From assembly GCF_006345805.1 (NCBI RefSeq), contig NC_043007.1, positions 4,030,001-4,094,000 on the forward strand: a stretch of DNA of 64,000 nt, written 5' to 3'. The notes beneath the pieces were generated by a model. That model was not told where the DNA came from. It did not search any database and was given only the letters and a program-made list of their open reading frames with translations. The translations under genes were made by a program, and so were the position numbers. This document shows positions 36,939-50,472 of the stretch, in pieces. Position 1 is the stretch's first letter, and each line of letters begins with the position of its first letter. This DNA comes from Octopus sinensis (taxonomy: Eukaryota).

Positions 36939-38414
36939 GATTCAGTCATATCTTCAGTAAACTATCTATCTAAAATCTATTCTAAACTGAAATACAATGT
37001 ATGCAATTAAGTCTGGACTTCTTCTGTTTTGATGAGTGAAAACTGATGTGTTTGTGAAAAGAGACGGAATCTTAAGATTGAATTCTTTTATTGAAGCTGT
37101 CATAACATCAGTTCTGATAAAATAGGTTCCTCAAGCACAATGCTATTAACAGTGATATGATTAGTGACACCTTGATATAGCCAGAGATGTCATTGATAGG
37201 TAGTAACAAGACAAATTATGAGAAAATAAAGAGAAGTGTATTGATTTATACAGCTGCACATCTCAAAATTACAAAAATAAAAATAGATCATTAAACCATT
37301 TAGTCTTGGAATATAAAATACAGAGTTCATTCTAAGATTGAGCCACATCTCTGACCTAGATTTGATTCTCAGTTGCAGCCATTTCACTTCATTTATTTTG
37401 CATTGCCCCTAAAAAACATAAAAGATATGAATATTGCACTATCACATTTCCCTTCTACAAATAATTTAAAGCTTTGATTTTGTATAAGATATGTGTATGA
37501 AAATATTATGTGTTTGTCAATAATAGTTCTAAGCAATAAAGAAAAGTCTTAGAATCTTTGATTGACAAAAGGCTTGTAACATTGGTGACTAAAAAAAAAA
37601 TTAAACCTTCTGAAGAATTTTATGAAACTGTGCTCAATGGTTGCTGAGTTGTTTTGAAAGAAAAAATGTAATAAAAACTAAAGAATAAGAAACATTGTTA
37701 AAAAAATATCAGACTTCCAAGAATTCTTGAATGTCCAAATAACTGAAATGTATTGTTGTTAATAAGATTATAACTTTTGAAAACTCATCTCATCTTTAAC
37801 AATGACAATATTTACTACATTATGCTTGATTACTGATTGTAAAAAAGGTGTCTTACTCTCAAGTATGCACATAATACCAGGCTGGGTTTGAAGTAGGATC
37901 CCCTATTTCAAAATTAAGGGCAATGAATAGTCTGGTGTTGTACACAGTCAGGGATAACCACCTGGTGACATTGAAAGTTTAAGCCAGTCAAAAACTAATA
38001 ATGTAGATTTAAATATTGAACATTTAAAAAATTTCTTAGAATGAGATCAATTTTTTGAAAAATTACAATCTTTTTTCAATGATGTTGTTATCTAGAGTGA
38101 GGCAGGGAGCTTCAGAATGAAAGAGGAATTCTTCAAATGAAATAAATGAGTGTGAATCTGAAATTTCTAGAGTGAGGCAGGGAACTCAAGAATAAATGCA
38201 AGATTTTTGAAGTGTGGAAGAAGTGAAGTGCTGTGGAATGAATGAGTTTGTTCCAGAATGAAAGTAACCGTTCTGAAGTGAAGTGGAGTGGAACAATTCT
38301 AGAGTGAGGCAAGGAAGATTGGAATGGTGAACACTGTTTCAAAGTAAAACTGAATGTTATAGAATAATGTAGAGCAAAGCTCTGGATCTGATGTAACTGG
38401 AGCAAGATATGACC

Positions 38415-38640
38415 TTTATCATCATCATCATCATCATAATCATGTCCATTTTTCCATGCTTGCATGGGTAGGATGGAAATTGTTGAGGCAGATTTTCTTG
38501 TTGCCAACCCCCATGTATTTCCAAGTAAGGTAATATTTCCCTGTTACTTGACATGTCTTGGAAAATTGGAAACGAAGGATACTGCTTGCATGATGGTGAT
38601 GCTCACTTACATCTATTGTGCAATGCCAAGGCAATAAGGT
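38415..38640 (-). mobile_element. Family E RTE-like tail
   Basis: (CAT)n..TTTTTCCATGCTTGCATGGG..GAGGCAGATTTTC..CCAAGTAAGGTAATATTTCC. Confidence 0.7.
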
Positions 38641-38952
38641 TAGAAACACACACATACACATGCATTCACGTGCACACAAAAAAAACAGGCATTTTCCAGT
38701 TTCTTTCAATCAAATCCACTCACAAGGCTTTTGTCAGGTGAAGGATATTATAGAAGACTCAATAGTGTGGGACTGAACCCAAAACAATGGAATTGGAAAG
38801 CAAACTGCTTACCACACAGCCATTCTTGCACCTACTTTATCAATGTCAAAGAAAAAAAAGAAAAGATCTAATGTTTCACTCTGAAGCTGTCTTCTGTCAT
38901 TAAGACATGAAGATAATTGAGGGAGGAATAAAAGTTTTATGTTGGAGTTGCA

Positions 38953-39300
38953 TCATCATCCTCATCATCGTTTAACGTCTGCTTTCCATGCTAGCATGGG
39001 TTGGACGATTTTGACTGAGGGCTGGTGAACCAGATGGCTGCACCAGGCTCCAATCTTGATCTGGCAGAGTTTCTACAGCTGGATGCCCTTCCTAATGCCA
39101 ACCACTCCGAGAGTGTAGTGGGTGCTTTTTACGTGCCACCGGCACGGGACCAGTCAGGCGATACTGGCAATGACCTCACTTGAAACTTTTTATACATGCC
39201 ACCGGCACAGGTGCCAGTAAGGCGACGTTGGTAATGATCACGCTTGAATGGTGCCCTTTTACGTGCCACCGGCACAGAGCCAGTTGGCTGCTCTGGCAGA
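38953..39300 (-). mobile_element. Family A RTE-type tail repeat
   Basis: Closely similar to 34818-35175. Confidence 0.85.
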
Positions 39301-39519
39301 GTTTCAAAAATCAAATTAGCAGTTTTGAATTGGGATGTTAAAGTCCTAGATTGATATTGCAGGCTTCAGAATTGTTGACTACTGATTAAAAGGTTGATGA
39401 AGCAAATTAATTAAACAAAACTGAAGCAATACACAAAATCTGCCACTGCAATTACTACTTTTGCTATTTTGAATGTCGCTAATTTTATCATTACCATGGA
39501 AACTTCTATGAGTAAATTG

Positions 39520-39679
39520 AGCAGGCATGGCTGTGTGGTAAGAAGCTTGCTTCCCAACCACATGGTTCTGGGTTCAGTCCCACTATATGGTACCTTGGGT
39601 AAGTGTCTTCTACTAAAGCCTTGGGCCAACTAAAGCCTTGCGAGTTAATTTGGTAGATGGAAACCGTAAGAAGCCTGTC

Positions 39680-39714
<35 letters not shown>

Positions 39715-39910
39715 GTGTGTGTGTGTGTGCATGTGTCTTTGTGTGTGTGTTTGTCCCCCACCATGGCTTGATAACCAGTGTTGGTGCGTTTATGTCACTG
39801 TAACTTAGCAGTTCAGCCAAAAAAAAAAAGATTGATAAAATAAATACTGGGGTCAATTCATTTGACCAAAAGTTCTTCGAGGTGGTGCCCCAGCATAACC
39901 ACAGTCTAAC
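39520..39910 (+). mobile_element. Family B SINE
   Basis: GGCATGGCTGTGTGGTAAG...GGGTTCAGTCCCACT...(TG)n...GGTGCCCCAGCATAACCACAGTC. Confidence 0.85.
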
Positions 39911-40301
39911 TAAAAGAAAGAAGTAAAAGATAAGCCAAAGCAGCCTCTGAACACTCACTCCAGCCTTCTTGAAATAGCAGCCAAACCTCTTTCAAAGCAC
40001 AACATATAACCTTAAAAAGAAGAGGAAACATTTGATAATGTAGTTCTAGATAGATCTGAGCTGGAATGCCATTGATTGCAAGTCTCCTCATTCAGAGGTG
40101 ACCTGAGCTCGATCACAACAACATTTCCCAGTTTCTCATTAAGAAGGTGAAAACATGTCTTTTCTGGTTGCTATGACAGTCGAATTCATTGTTGTTCAAA
40201 TATTCTTAATTAGTGAAGAGGTGAAAAGACCAAAAGACTGCCAGCTCATATGACACACATGTCTATTTTTGTCTGGGTTGAAAACGAAACAGTTTTGCAT
40301 C

Positions 40302-40331
<30 letters not shown>

Positions 40332-40333
<2 letters not shown>

Positions 40334-40710
40334 AGGTGCAATGGCCCAGTGGTTAGGGCAGTGGACTCGCAGTCATAGGATCATGGTTTTGATTCCCAGA
40401 CTGGGCGTTGTGAGTGTTTATTGAGTGAAAACACTTAAAGCTCCACAAGGCTCTGGCAGGGGGTGGTAGCGAACCCTGCTGTATTCTTCCACTACAACTT
40501 TCTCTCACTCTTTCTTCCTGTTTCTGTTGTACCCGTATTTTGAAGGGCCAGCCTTGCCACACTCTGTATCATGCTGAATCTCCCCGAGAACTACATTAAG
40601 GGTGTATGTTCTGTGGAATGCTCAGCCACTTGTACGTTAATTTCATGAGCAGGCTGTTCTGTTGATCGGATCAACTGGAACCCTTGTCGTTGTAACCAAC
40701 GGAATGCTGT
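40332..40710 (+). mobile_element. tRNA-derived SINE (family H) between two (TG)n arrays
   Basis: A box TGGCCCAGTGG and B-box-like GGTTTTGATTCC at the head; the body differs from families B, C and F. Confidence 0.75.
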
Positions 40711-40750
<40 letters not shown>

Positions 40751-41488
40751 GTGTGTGTGTGTGTTGTGTGTGTGTGTGAGAGAGAGAGAGAGAAAGAGAG
40801 ATTGTTAGTTGCTAAACACATATAAGCAATACTATTGGCAACAGCAATAATAAGAATTATATTGGAAGTCTCCTGTAGAGTGTGCTGGAAAACACACTTT
40901 GTTTTAATCCTGAATGTAATCGTTTATACCTTTCGGTATTTGATTAAAATATTAACAATACAAACTTAATTCAAGTGCATAAATAATTGCGAACCTCTTG
41001 CCCAGTTAAATTTCAGGCTTTCGTTTTCAAATTATATTATTTACAAATGTATATTAGCTAATATTATTTATATAAAATCTCATTTATGGTTTATTATATT
41101 TTGTATATATTGAAACCTGGATGCGTATGCATGTGCTGTTTGTATGTAATTAATTATCTGAGTAAATGTAATGAATTGAGCATACTTCAGATCATGCGTG
41201 CTTATTTTGATTAAGTATTCCACCAGAGACACTTAGAATCAAACTTCCTGTTATTAAAATCCTTTTAGAGTGTGTATCTCTGAATCTCTCTTTTGAGATA
41301 TTAAATATGCTGTTCTCTTTCATCAAACAAACTGTCATCAGTAGCAACAAAATCACCTCATTAACGAGCAAATAAGTATACTCACTGAAACAAAAGACAT
41401 CAATAACTGCAATCTTGATGACCATTCTAACTGCAAGATGAATAAACAAAAACACTCTGTACCAATACATGCATTCGTTATGATATAC

Positions 41489-41559
<71 letters not shown>

Positions 41560-41804
41560 CAGCTAACAATACACACGGATTTTGTTTAAATTTCTTGGAT
41601 GAAGAATTATCGTTGTTATACAGTTTGGACTAAATTCCTCCACATCATTGTTAGAGTCACAATGTTTCAGCCATTGTGTCCCCCATAAAGTAGATGAGAG
41701 TAAATGAAAGTCTTAAGCATACCATTTTTCTGGTCTTCAGTTATAACATTTTTTGTTAATTAAAGGTGTGCATATGATGTTCATCTTGATATTAGTCCTA
41801 CTGA

Positions 41805-42016
41805 AGGTGGTGAGCTGGCAGAATCGTTAGCATGCCGGGCGAAATGCTTGGCGGTATTTTGTCTTTATGTTCTGAGTTCAAATTCCACTGAGGTCGACTT
41901 TGCATCTCATCCTTTCGAGGTCGATAAATTAAGTACCAGTTGTGTACTGGGGTCAATGTAATCAACTAGCCCCTCCCCCAAATTTCAGGCCTTATGCCTA
42001 GAGTAGAAAAGAATAC
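41805..42016 (+). mobile_element. Family C SINE with 12-bp TSD
   Basis: TAGTCCTACTGA at 41793-41804 and 42017-42028. Confidence 0.92.
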
Positions 42017-42803
42017 TAGTCCTACTGATGAGGTTATCAAAACCCGACATATGCCCTGATTCTTTCAATTGTCTTATTTTCCAGTCTTGTTCCTTGTCTC
42101 TTATCTTCAGATTGTTCTCCATTGGTGGCATGTCCTTTCTCTTTTTGAATATTATTCTAATGTTGTATGGATGGCAGATCTAATTTTCAACAATCTTTTA
42201 AGTAAAGTTTATACATTTTTTCAGCTTTCCGACTAATATTCTTGACCCTTATATTTTTGCTCTTAGAAGCTGATACTATGCTAGCATAACAATACAATGA
42301 AGGGCCTCACCATCTCTTTTGGTTTATATCTGAGATGCTATGAGTTTTACTCCCTGTTGTAGGTAATAGTTCCTTCCTTCATGTTGCATGAATGGTGGGA
42401 ATCAAATCAGGTACTGTCCAGTGAATGTCATAAATCTACACAGGGTGTGAATTATTAGTACATCCAGGAAGGCCAGTTTATTGTCCACTCCCTTTTTTAT
42501 TGTGAACTGTGTTGACAGTCTTACTGAGTTTACATAGTCCAGCAGTAGTTACTCTTCTTCCTGATGAGGCTGGATTAGAAAGGTGACTTCTACATAGCTT
42601 AGTTATATGTTTGATTTGAACCATGTATCCATGAATAATAATATACACTTATATTTCTGATATTTTTGACAAAAAACAGTGTGGATTTCCTACAGGTTTT
42701 AAATATATCCCAAATTATAGGTTTTGATTATTTACCACACAGTTACCAATAGCAAGGGACCTCATGAAGGGCAACTGCTTTTCATTAATAGAAACAGTTG
42801 TAG

Positions 42804-43029
42804 GTGGCGAGCTGGCAGAAACGTTAGCACATCGGGCGAAATGTTTAGCGGCATTTCGTCTGTCTTTACATTCTGAGTTCAAATTCTGCTAAGGTCGACT
42901 TAGCTTTTTATCCTTTTGGGGGTCGATTAAATAAGTACCAGTTATGCACTGGGTCGATGTAATCAACTTAATCCCTTTGTCCTTGTTTGTCCCCTCTATG
43001 TTTAGCCCCTTGTGGGCAATAAAGAAATG
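42804..43029 (+). mobile_element. Family C SINE (alternative 3' tail) with 14-bp TSD
   Basis: AGAAACAGTTGTAG at 42790-42803 and 43030-43043. Confidence 0.92.
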
Positions 43030-43879
43030 AGAAACAGTTGTAGTCCAAAGTGCCATCATATGCAAAAGGTGAGTGAATTAGTAGAATTGTTAGAGTGTTA
43101 GACAAAATTCCTTGCATTTAGTTACAGCCCCTTACATCCTGAGTTCAAATCCTGCTTAGCTTAAAATTAATTTTCATTCTTCTGGAGTAAATAAAGTACT
43201 GTGGTTGAATTAATTGTCTATATACATTTATCAAAAACGGAGGCCATGTACCTATGTTAGAAATCACCATTGATAAATTGGAATATCTATGAATTTGTGA
43301 TAATAGTTTAAATTGTTTGGATGGTTAACATTATCTTTTATGTATATATATGTATGTCACAATATGTTTCAATCAGTCGAATCTTTGGTTATCAATATTA
43401 TTATTATTACATTTATTGGTTGATTCCAGCAGTGGCAGACAGAGGGGAGGGTGATGAGAAGTAATAGTCTTTGAAAGTTGCTGGCTCTGTATTGCTGTGT
43501 GCATGTCTCTACCTAGAGGCCAAACCGTGCGCTTAGAGGTTAGCTTTGTAATCTCACTCCTTTTCTCTTGAGGCAAAATGGGAAAACACACTAGAAAAGA
43601 AACTTGAAAATAATACCACATTAATCCATAAACTAACAAAAATAGAATGCAGAATAATTACTGAATCAGTGCTTATCTATTGTTAAAACAGAATTTAAAT
43701 CCATTGTTAAACAATTATGTTCACTTTGAAGATTTTTATGGCTCAGAGACAAACCCTGTAAATATTGACTCATTTATAATGTGCACTTTCATTGTGTTAG
43801 AAGGATATTATTGTTTTCCCAAAATGTATTATAACCATTTCTTAATTGGTCATTCTGCTGTGTATATTGCCTCACATCC

Positions 43880-44520
43880 TTTCTCATTTCTTCTTTCTCC
43901 CCATTTCTCTTCTTTTCATTTTTCACTGTCTCTTCTTCCATTCCTTATTTTTACATTCACCCTTTCTAACTTATAGACATACAAACATATTACATTCTCT
44001 CATTCCACTTTTTTCCATTATCCTCTTCTCTTCTTTTCTAATTCCTTTCCCATCTTTTTCACTTGCACCTTTCTCTCTCATCTTCTACCACCTCTCTCCT
44101 ACCTGCTTCCCATCTTGTGCAACACACTCTTCTCATTCTCTCTCTCTCTCTCTCCCTCTCTCTCTCTAGTTCTCTTTTCACTTTCATCATTATCTCTCTT
44201 ATACTTTCACTCCCTCCTTCATCCTTTCCTCTCTGTTTTTCTTCTCTCTTTGTTACTCTTTTATTTCTCTTTCGGATTTCCTTTCTTCCTCTGATTTTCT
44301 TCTTCTCTTTAATTCATTCATTTTTACTTGAACTTTCTCCTTCACTGACATATTCTTTCCCCTACTTTCTCCTTTTTCTTATCCCATCTCTCCCTCTTTC
44401 TTCCTCCTCCTCCAAACTGCATTGGCTCTTTCATCATATCCTTCTATTCTCTCATCCACCCCTACCACAGCCATTCCCCTTTTTTTACTGCATCATTTCT
44501 CTTTACTCTCTATTTGAAAG
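43880..44520 (+). repeat. ~640-bp polypyrimidine low-complexity tract
   Basis: Near-continuous C/T sequence including (CT)n; it produces the spurious L/F/S/P-rich ORFs. Confidence 0.9.
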
Positions 44521-45849
44521 CTCTGCCTCCATTGAAATGCTAGGACCCTATTACAGTCAGCTGATTCTGCTGCAGTTCCCTAAGCAGCTGACTGCAGATG
44601 CACTTTTATAACAACTTGCTATAATTCTGGCTACTGTAAATACATCCATATTACACCCTTAATTATGCACACGCACACACACACACACACACTATATATT
44701 CATGCTTGAATTTCACATTGTATATAAAGGCTATATGTATAAATGTACATATGTTTTATACATATATGTGTCTACGTGTGTGCACGTGTATAGAACATTT
44801 TTGACCATAAATATTCTCTTCCCTTTTTGTATATGTCTGACTGTGTCTACTGGAGCCAGGGTAGTTAATGCCACGTTGATAACTCCTACTGAGACAGAAG
44901 CGTGTATTAACAGCTGTTCTCTTGTTTCCAGAAGGGGGAAAAAAAAAAAGACTGTCTTTTCTTCGATTCCAGAAAATTGTTGATTGCTTGAGACTACTTC
45001 CCCACTCCTTTCAGAGTCAATAAAAATTTACATACACACATGTAAACACACACACACACACACTGGTATATTAGTGACAAACTGCAAGAATTAGCCCAAC
45101 ATTGCATGGGTGGATAAATATTCTTTGAATGGAAATCAGTGGCCTGATTTCATTTGTCTTGTCATTTAAATACCACATTATCACTATTTGAATGGTAGAT
45201 TTGTCACCCATTATTCAAATTCTGATTAAATAGCTGTGAACACAATCGCATGAAACCTATAATATTAAAAGTGTGTGTGTGTACTTAAAACCAAAGCATA
45301 ACCATTTCTCAGGAGTATGGTGACTTGGAAGCATCTACCATGCTTTTGCTAATGGCTTTAGGTTCCTTTGTAGACACAAGCTAGCATAGATATCTCTTTG
45401 ACCCACCCAACCTCGATCCAGCAGAACATTGAGGATGTAACTGATAGAGGAAGAGATGACTGCACCAGCCCCTGACTGGTACTCATTTTCAGCTAAGTGG
45501 ACTGGGGCAACGTGAAATGAAGTACCTTACTTAAGGACACAATGTAGCACACAGCCAGGAATTGAACCTTCAGCTTTATGGTCATGAACTAACCACTCTA
45601 AGCCCTAACCCCTAGGTTGTGTGTGTATGTGTGTGTGTGTTAGTGTAGTTGTGTGATAAGAAAATTTTGTCCCAGCCATATGGTTCCAGGTTCAGTTCCA
45701 CTGTATGGCACCTCGGGTAACTGTTTTCTACTATAGCCCACCCCCAAGCTGACCAAAACCTTATGATTGGATTTGGTCGATGGAAACTGAAAGAATCCCA
45801 TCATATGTGTATATATGTATATGTGTGTATGTGTGTGCATTGTGTGTAT

Positions 45850-46340
45850 TGCTGTCTCCTGGCCTTGACATCATGTGATAGCTGTAAATGAATGTCACTG
45901 TCTTGCAAGCAGTGTCATTCATTTCCAGTCTTCTGTGAAAACATGTTGGTCGTGAGGAAATATTACCTTACTTAGAAATAAGTGAGAGTTGGTGACAGGG
46001 AGGGCATCCAGCTGTAGAAAATCTGCCTCAACAAATTCCATTCAACTCATGTGAGCATAGAAAAGAGGGATGTTAAAACGATGATGATATGCATGCACGT
46101 ATTAATGATGGACCCAAATAAGATAAAAGGAAAGCTGAACCTAAGAGGAATCAAATGTAGTGCGAGAGAGAGAAGACTGCATTCATGTGGGTTGGACATG
46201 TGATATTCATGGAGGAGGCCAGCTCTGTAAATAAGTGCTGCACATTGAAGTGAATGGATCCTGTGGAAGAGAGAAACTTGGGATGCCCTGGATGAGGGAA
46301 GTTGCCCTGCTCTTTTATCCAAGCATAGCATCTGGGACAT
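45850..46340 (+). mobile_element. Family E tail followed by a short RTE ORF-end fragment
   Basis: GGCATCCAGCTGTAGAAAATCTGCCTC..., then decayed RERRL..GHV...[11 protein letters not shown]. Confidence 0.55.
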
Positions 46341-46401
46341 TGTGTGTGTCACATATATGTGTGCATGTATATATGTGTGTAGGTATACATACATACATGT
46401 A

Positions 46402-46442
<41 letters not shown>

Positions 46443-46576
46443 ATGTATGTATATATATGTAAGTGTGTGTATATATATATATGTATATAGGTATGTATGT
46501 ATAATAAATATATATATAGTTAATACATACATATATAATGCATACATATATACATATATATACATACATATGTATG

Positions 46577-46616
<40 letters not shown>

Positions 46617-47419
46617 ATATATACACATACATATGTATGTATATATATATGCATATATGTATGTATATATGAATGTATATGCTTACCATCAAGTGTACAT
46701 GATTAGCCTCTGTGTTTCTGACAGCTGCAGCTTCTCCCTAGCACCCTTATCCCTCTATTACACATCTCTCTATCACCATCATTCATAATCGCTGTCATTC
46801 ACTCAGTGCAATCTATTTAGGCTTAAGCGGGGTTGAGAGGCCTCTCTAGTTTTATTGAAGACCTAACAACCTCTCTAGAGCTGGTACCATAAAAAGTGAG
46901 CCCAGTTCTTTTGATTTTACTTGTTTTTCCATGCTAGCATAGGTCCATGGGTTAGACAAATAAATATATTATTATGGCATTCCCTTGTAGCCGGATGCCC
47001 TTCCTGACAGTGGCACCGGTTTTTAATGTAAAAGTCCTTTTACTTCACATATCTTCAAAGGCATGAAGCAAGAGGACAAATGTTGGCAGGAGTAATGCAA
47101 AAACCGACATGCTCAAATGTCACAACTTCTGCACATAGGAGCACACATGTAAACATGCACAGGTACACATATGTGCTTGCACACTTACATATACATATGC
47201 ATGTATATCTATATGCACGTAACATCTAGAAGTAGAGTAACTTATTGATATAGTCTTGATATAACATAGATCGTTGTTACTTGGAGTTCTACTTTTGTCT
47301 TTTTCTAGGCATTACATGCAAAAACAAACAAACATGCACACACACACACACACACTCTCTCTCTCTCACGCACACACACACATTAATTATTTATATCTAC
47401 ATTTTATAAGTATATATTT

Positions 47420-47640
47420 CTTTACAGCCCACAAGGGGCTAAACATAGAGGGGACAAACAAGGACAGACAAAGGGATTAAGTCGATTACATCGACCCCAG
47501 TGCGTAAGTGGTACTTATTTAATCGACCCCGAAAGGACGAAAGGCAAAGTCGACCTCGGCGGAATTTGAACTCAGAACCTAGCGGCAGACGAAATACTGC
47601 TAAACATTTCGCCCAGCGTGCTAACGATTCTGCCAGCTTG
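47420..47640 (-). mobile_element. Family C SINE, young
   Basis: CpG-rich reverse complement of the 59172 copy (CCCCGAAAGGACGAAAGGCAAAGTCGACCTCGGCGGAATTTGAACTCAG). Confidence 0.9.
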
Positions 47641-48220
47641 CCTAGTCCCAGTAATCATCAGAAAATAAACACTGCTATTTCATTTATATTTAAAATAAAG
47701 AACAGAGTTAAAATTCTATACTTATGTCAAATATTTTAATTATATTCCGTATGTATGCTCTTACCATAAGAAAAACTATTAAATTATAAATGCATAAACA
47801 CTTTACTTATTTAACGAACAATTATTTTTATCAATTAATATCATAACTATAATAATAATTATAACAATTAAGCTAATTAAAATTCATTGAATGAAATATT
47901 GTTTGCCTGAATAATGTATTTTCAAAATATTTATTAGTTTGTGAAAAAGCTTATTTCATAGTAAAGTGAATGGTGCCTACGATATAGCTGGAGGTAAACT
48001 AGTGATTTACAGAATTATTTGTTGCTGGGTATGAAGTTAGAACATTCGTAGCAGTAGGAAGACACAGGGTATGGAATAAAAGATAGGAGACAGAAATGAT
48101 GAAGGAGCTGTTAATGAACTACTAATGGATTAATCATTAGTGAAATGAGTACTGTAATTTGAAATATTTCTCTGGTTTATTGATATTATTGTAATAAAAT
48201 AGCAACATCATCACATACAA

Positions 48221-48670
48221 CTGTGTGTGTGTGTATGTATGTATGTATGTATGTATGTAATGTATGTATGTATGTATGTATGTAATGTATGTATGTATGT
48301 ATGTAATGTATGTATGTAATGTATGTATGTATGTATGTATGTAATGTATGTATGTATGTATGTAGTATGTATGTATGTAATGTATGTATGTATGTATGTA
48401 ATGTATGTATGTAATGTATGTATGTATGTATGTATGTAATGTATGTATGTATGTATGTATGTATGTAATGTATGTATGTATGTATCTATGTAATGTATGT
48501 ATGTATGTTTGTATGTATGTATGTTATGTATATATGTATGATGTAATTGACTTAATCCCTTTGTCTGTCCTTGTTTGTCCCCTCTATGTTTAGCCTCTTG
48601 TGGACAGTAAAGAAATATATGTTATGTATGTATGTTATGTATGTATTTATGATTGTATGTATGTATGTTC
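48221..48670 (+). repeat. Compound (TATG)n array with periodic TAA interruptions, containing a family C 3' tail (about 48538-48613)
   Basis: Direct reading: (TATG)2-5 TAATG units repeated. Confidence 0.9.
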
Positions 48671-49290
48671 GTTGTTCCTCCAGCTCCCCAGCACTGCTTT
48701 GTCACATTTCTCATCTGTCCTCGCCTCTGCTAACTATATCATTGCTATCCTGCCACACCCCTATCCACCTATGTTCACCACTCACTACATTCTCCTTTCC
48801 CCGCCTCTATCTTCTAGTCTCTTCTTAAAATCCTTTGATCGACTTACTCACTCACCCTGCCCAGTCCACTGTGCCACTCCATTTACATCCACCTCCCTGA
48901 ACCTGAGGGTATTCCCTGGCACAACTTCACTACCACCCCGTTTTTCTCTCTCTCTCTCTCCTCTGACACTGGTACCCATGTATCTCCTCTACAAAAAGAT
49001 ACCTGCTTCTGTCCCTCTATCATAGCTTAACCTTTCATCCCCTGGTACACAGCCACCCCTCTCAATACTATTCCTCTCTTAGTTGAGGAATCTTTGTCTT
49101 TGTCTTGCATATCATTTGGTGACCTCACCCATGCTGGTGCCACATAAAAAGCACTCAGTACACTCTGTAAAACAGTTGGCTTTGGGAAAGGTTTCCAACC
49201 ATAGAAACCATGCCAGAGCAGACAGAAGAACTTGGCACAGTCCTCTGGTTAACCAGCTCCTGTCCAACTGTCCAGCCTGTGCCAGCATGG
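48670..49290 (+). mobile_element. Family J: pyrimidine-rich body plus family A-like tail
   Basis: The reverse complement of 48990-49050 aligns by eye with 59515-59580 and 57500-57550. Confidence 0.55.
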
Positions 49291-49379
49291 AAAACAGGGT
49301 CATTATATATATGTGTATTACAAGAGAGAAAGAGAGGGAAATAAACTGTTTTCCTCTTCTGTAGGTTTTACTAACTTGG

Positions 49380-49950
49380 TGTCCTTAGTACTTTAGTAGA
49401 CAGCAGTCATTTCTCATACACATCGTATATCCATACCAGTGCAGCCTCTTCTTTTACATATTACATGCAGTAACTCTTATCCCCAGTTTTCCTCTCAGCT
49501 CAGGAATACTTTGGTGAAGCATGCTGGCTTCATTTCTTTCTAGTCTTTGTAAGTTTCATGCTTTCCTACCATGCAACATTACGGATCTAACACAAGCATC
49601 AAACAGTCTTCTTGTCACTAAGAAAATCTTTTGTTGCCAGCTGTGGTAAAATCGCCTTGAATTTTTTCCAGTTAATGCTTAGTCTGGCTACTATATTTTC
49701 TGGGCAACTTTCTCTCCTGCTGATTATGTCTTCTAATTAACAGAAGCCATCAGCTACTTCAAGTGAGCCATTTGGGCATTTACAGAAATCTATGTATATT
49801 ACTCCAAAACATCTGCCACATTCAAAGCTTGTGTTCCCTTTTAGCCTGCCCCTGATTCCACTCTACTTCCTGTGTGCCCTTAGCTTACATTGAGTTCAGC
49901 ATAACTACTCCTTTTTTGCATAATGAGCAGGGCCATTTCCATGATGATAC
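49380..49950 (-). pseudogene. RTE LINE RT C-terminal remnant
   Basis: Minus-strand GKWP, GSLEVAD..FC*LEDIIS, RRLFDACVRSVMLHG, QRLERNEASML, GKLGIR and RLHWYG. Confidence 0.7.
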
Positions 49951-50449
49951 TGGGGCCCTATCATCTTTCCTTCTTATTAACACCTATTAAATATTATGTA
50001 TATTAAATGTTTGCCATAAACTCAATGAACCTCAGGCTTTTATATTAGAGTTCTGTCTCTTGCACTAATTGCCTTCACCATGGCTTAGAGGTCAACCCAC
50101 TCTGGTTGGCTAAATGAGCACCTAGGCATCAAACCAGGTATTTCCAAGTCCTCATGCACATATTATAAATATATCCTGTACTCGGTCGGCTGTTGACTCT
50201 TTTGAGTTCATCTACCTTTTGACATGTCATGTTTTCCATTCCACAGGGAATCCAAAAGTTATCTTACTCACCAAGCAGGCTTGGTGGTATTGTTGGTTTA
50301 GTCAGCAATGGTCCAACCATGCAATGGGCTGTACTGGGTTATGTGTTACCAGTTGCACTCAATAGCAGTAATATGTGTGTGTGTATGTGGTCAGCTCAAA
50401 ACTTATCTGCTTCTGGTCATTTTGTAAATCAACACTACTTGTTTCATAG

Positions 50450-50472
50450 TTGAGCCAATGGCTGCTGAAATG
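50450..50472 (+). CDS. Candidate 23-nt microexon (xEPMAAEM)
   Basis: cttgtttcatag|TTGAGCCAATGGCTGCTGAAATG|gtaatg; phase 1 in, phase 0 out. Confidence 0.3.

Larger units (their letters stand above)
41620..43070 (-). mobile_element. Decayed Penelope-like element 3 (RT core and thumb) carrying two SINE insertions
   Basis: Minus-strand peptides KQLPFMRSLAIGN (LPMGS motif), YVEVTFLIQPHQEEE*LLLDYVNSVRLSTQFTIKKGVDNKLAFLDVLII (YVDD and FLDV motifs), TFTGQYL and HPYNI. Confidence 0.8.

Noticed and set aside
38091-38315. CRISPR-like repeat-spacer appearance
   Set aside because: Eukaryotic context, an 18-nt repeat, only three copies, unequal long spacers and no cas genes; kept only as a minor repeat finding.
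41640-41745. Possible hammerhead remnants in the PLE 3 tail (CTGAAGACCA..TGG and ..CTGAAACATTGTG on the minus strand)
   Set aside because: Neither has both core halves in register; too decayed to support.
41793-42060. CTGA|TGAG at the reconstructed SINE empty site looked like a hammerhead core
   Set aside because: It is antisense to the PLE 3 ORF, whose frame (HMSGFDNLISRTNIKMNIICTP) explains the sequence, and there is no GAAA at the required place.
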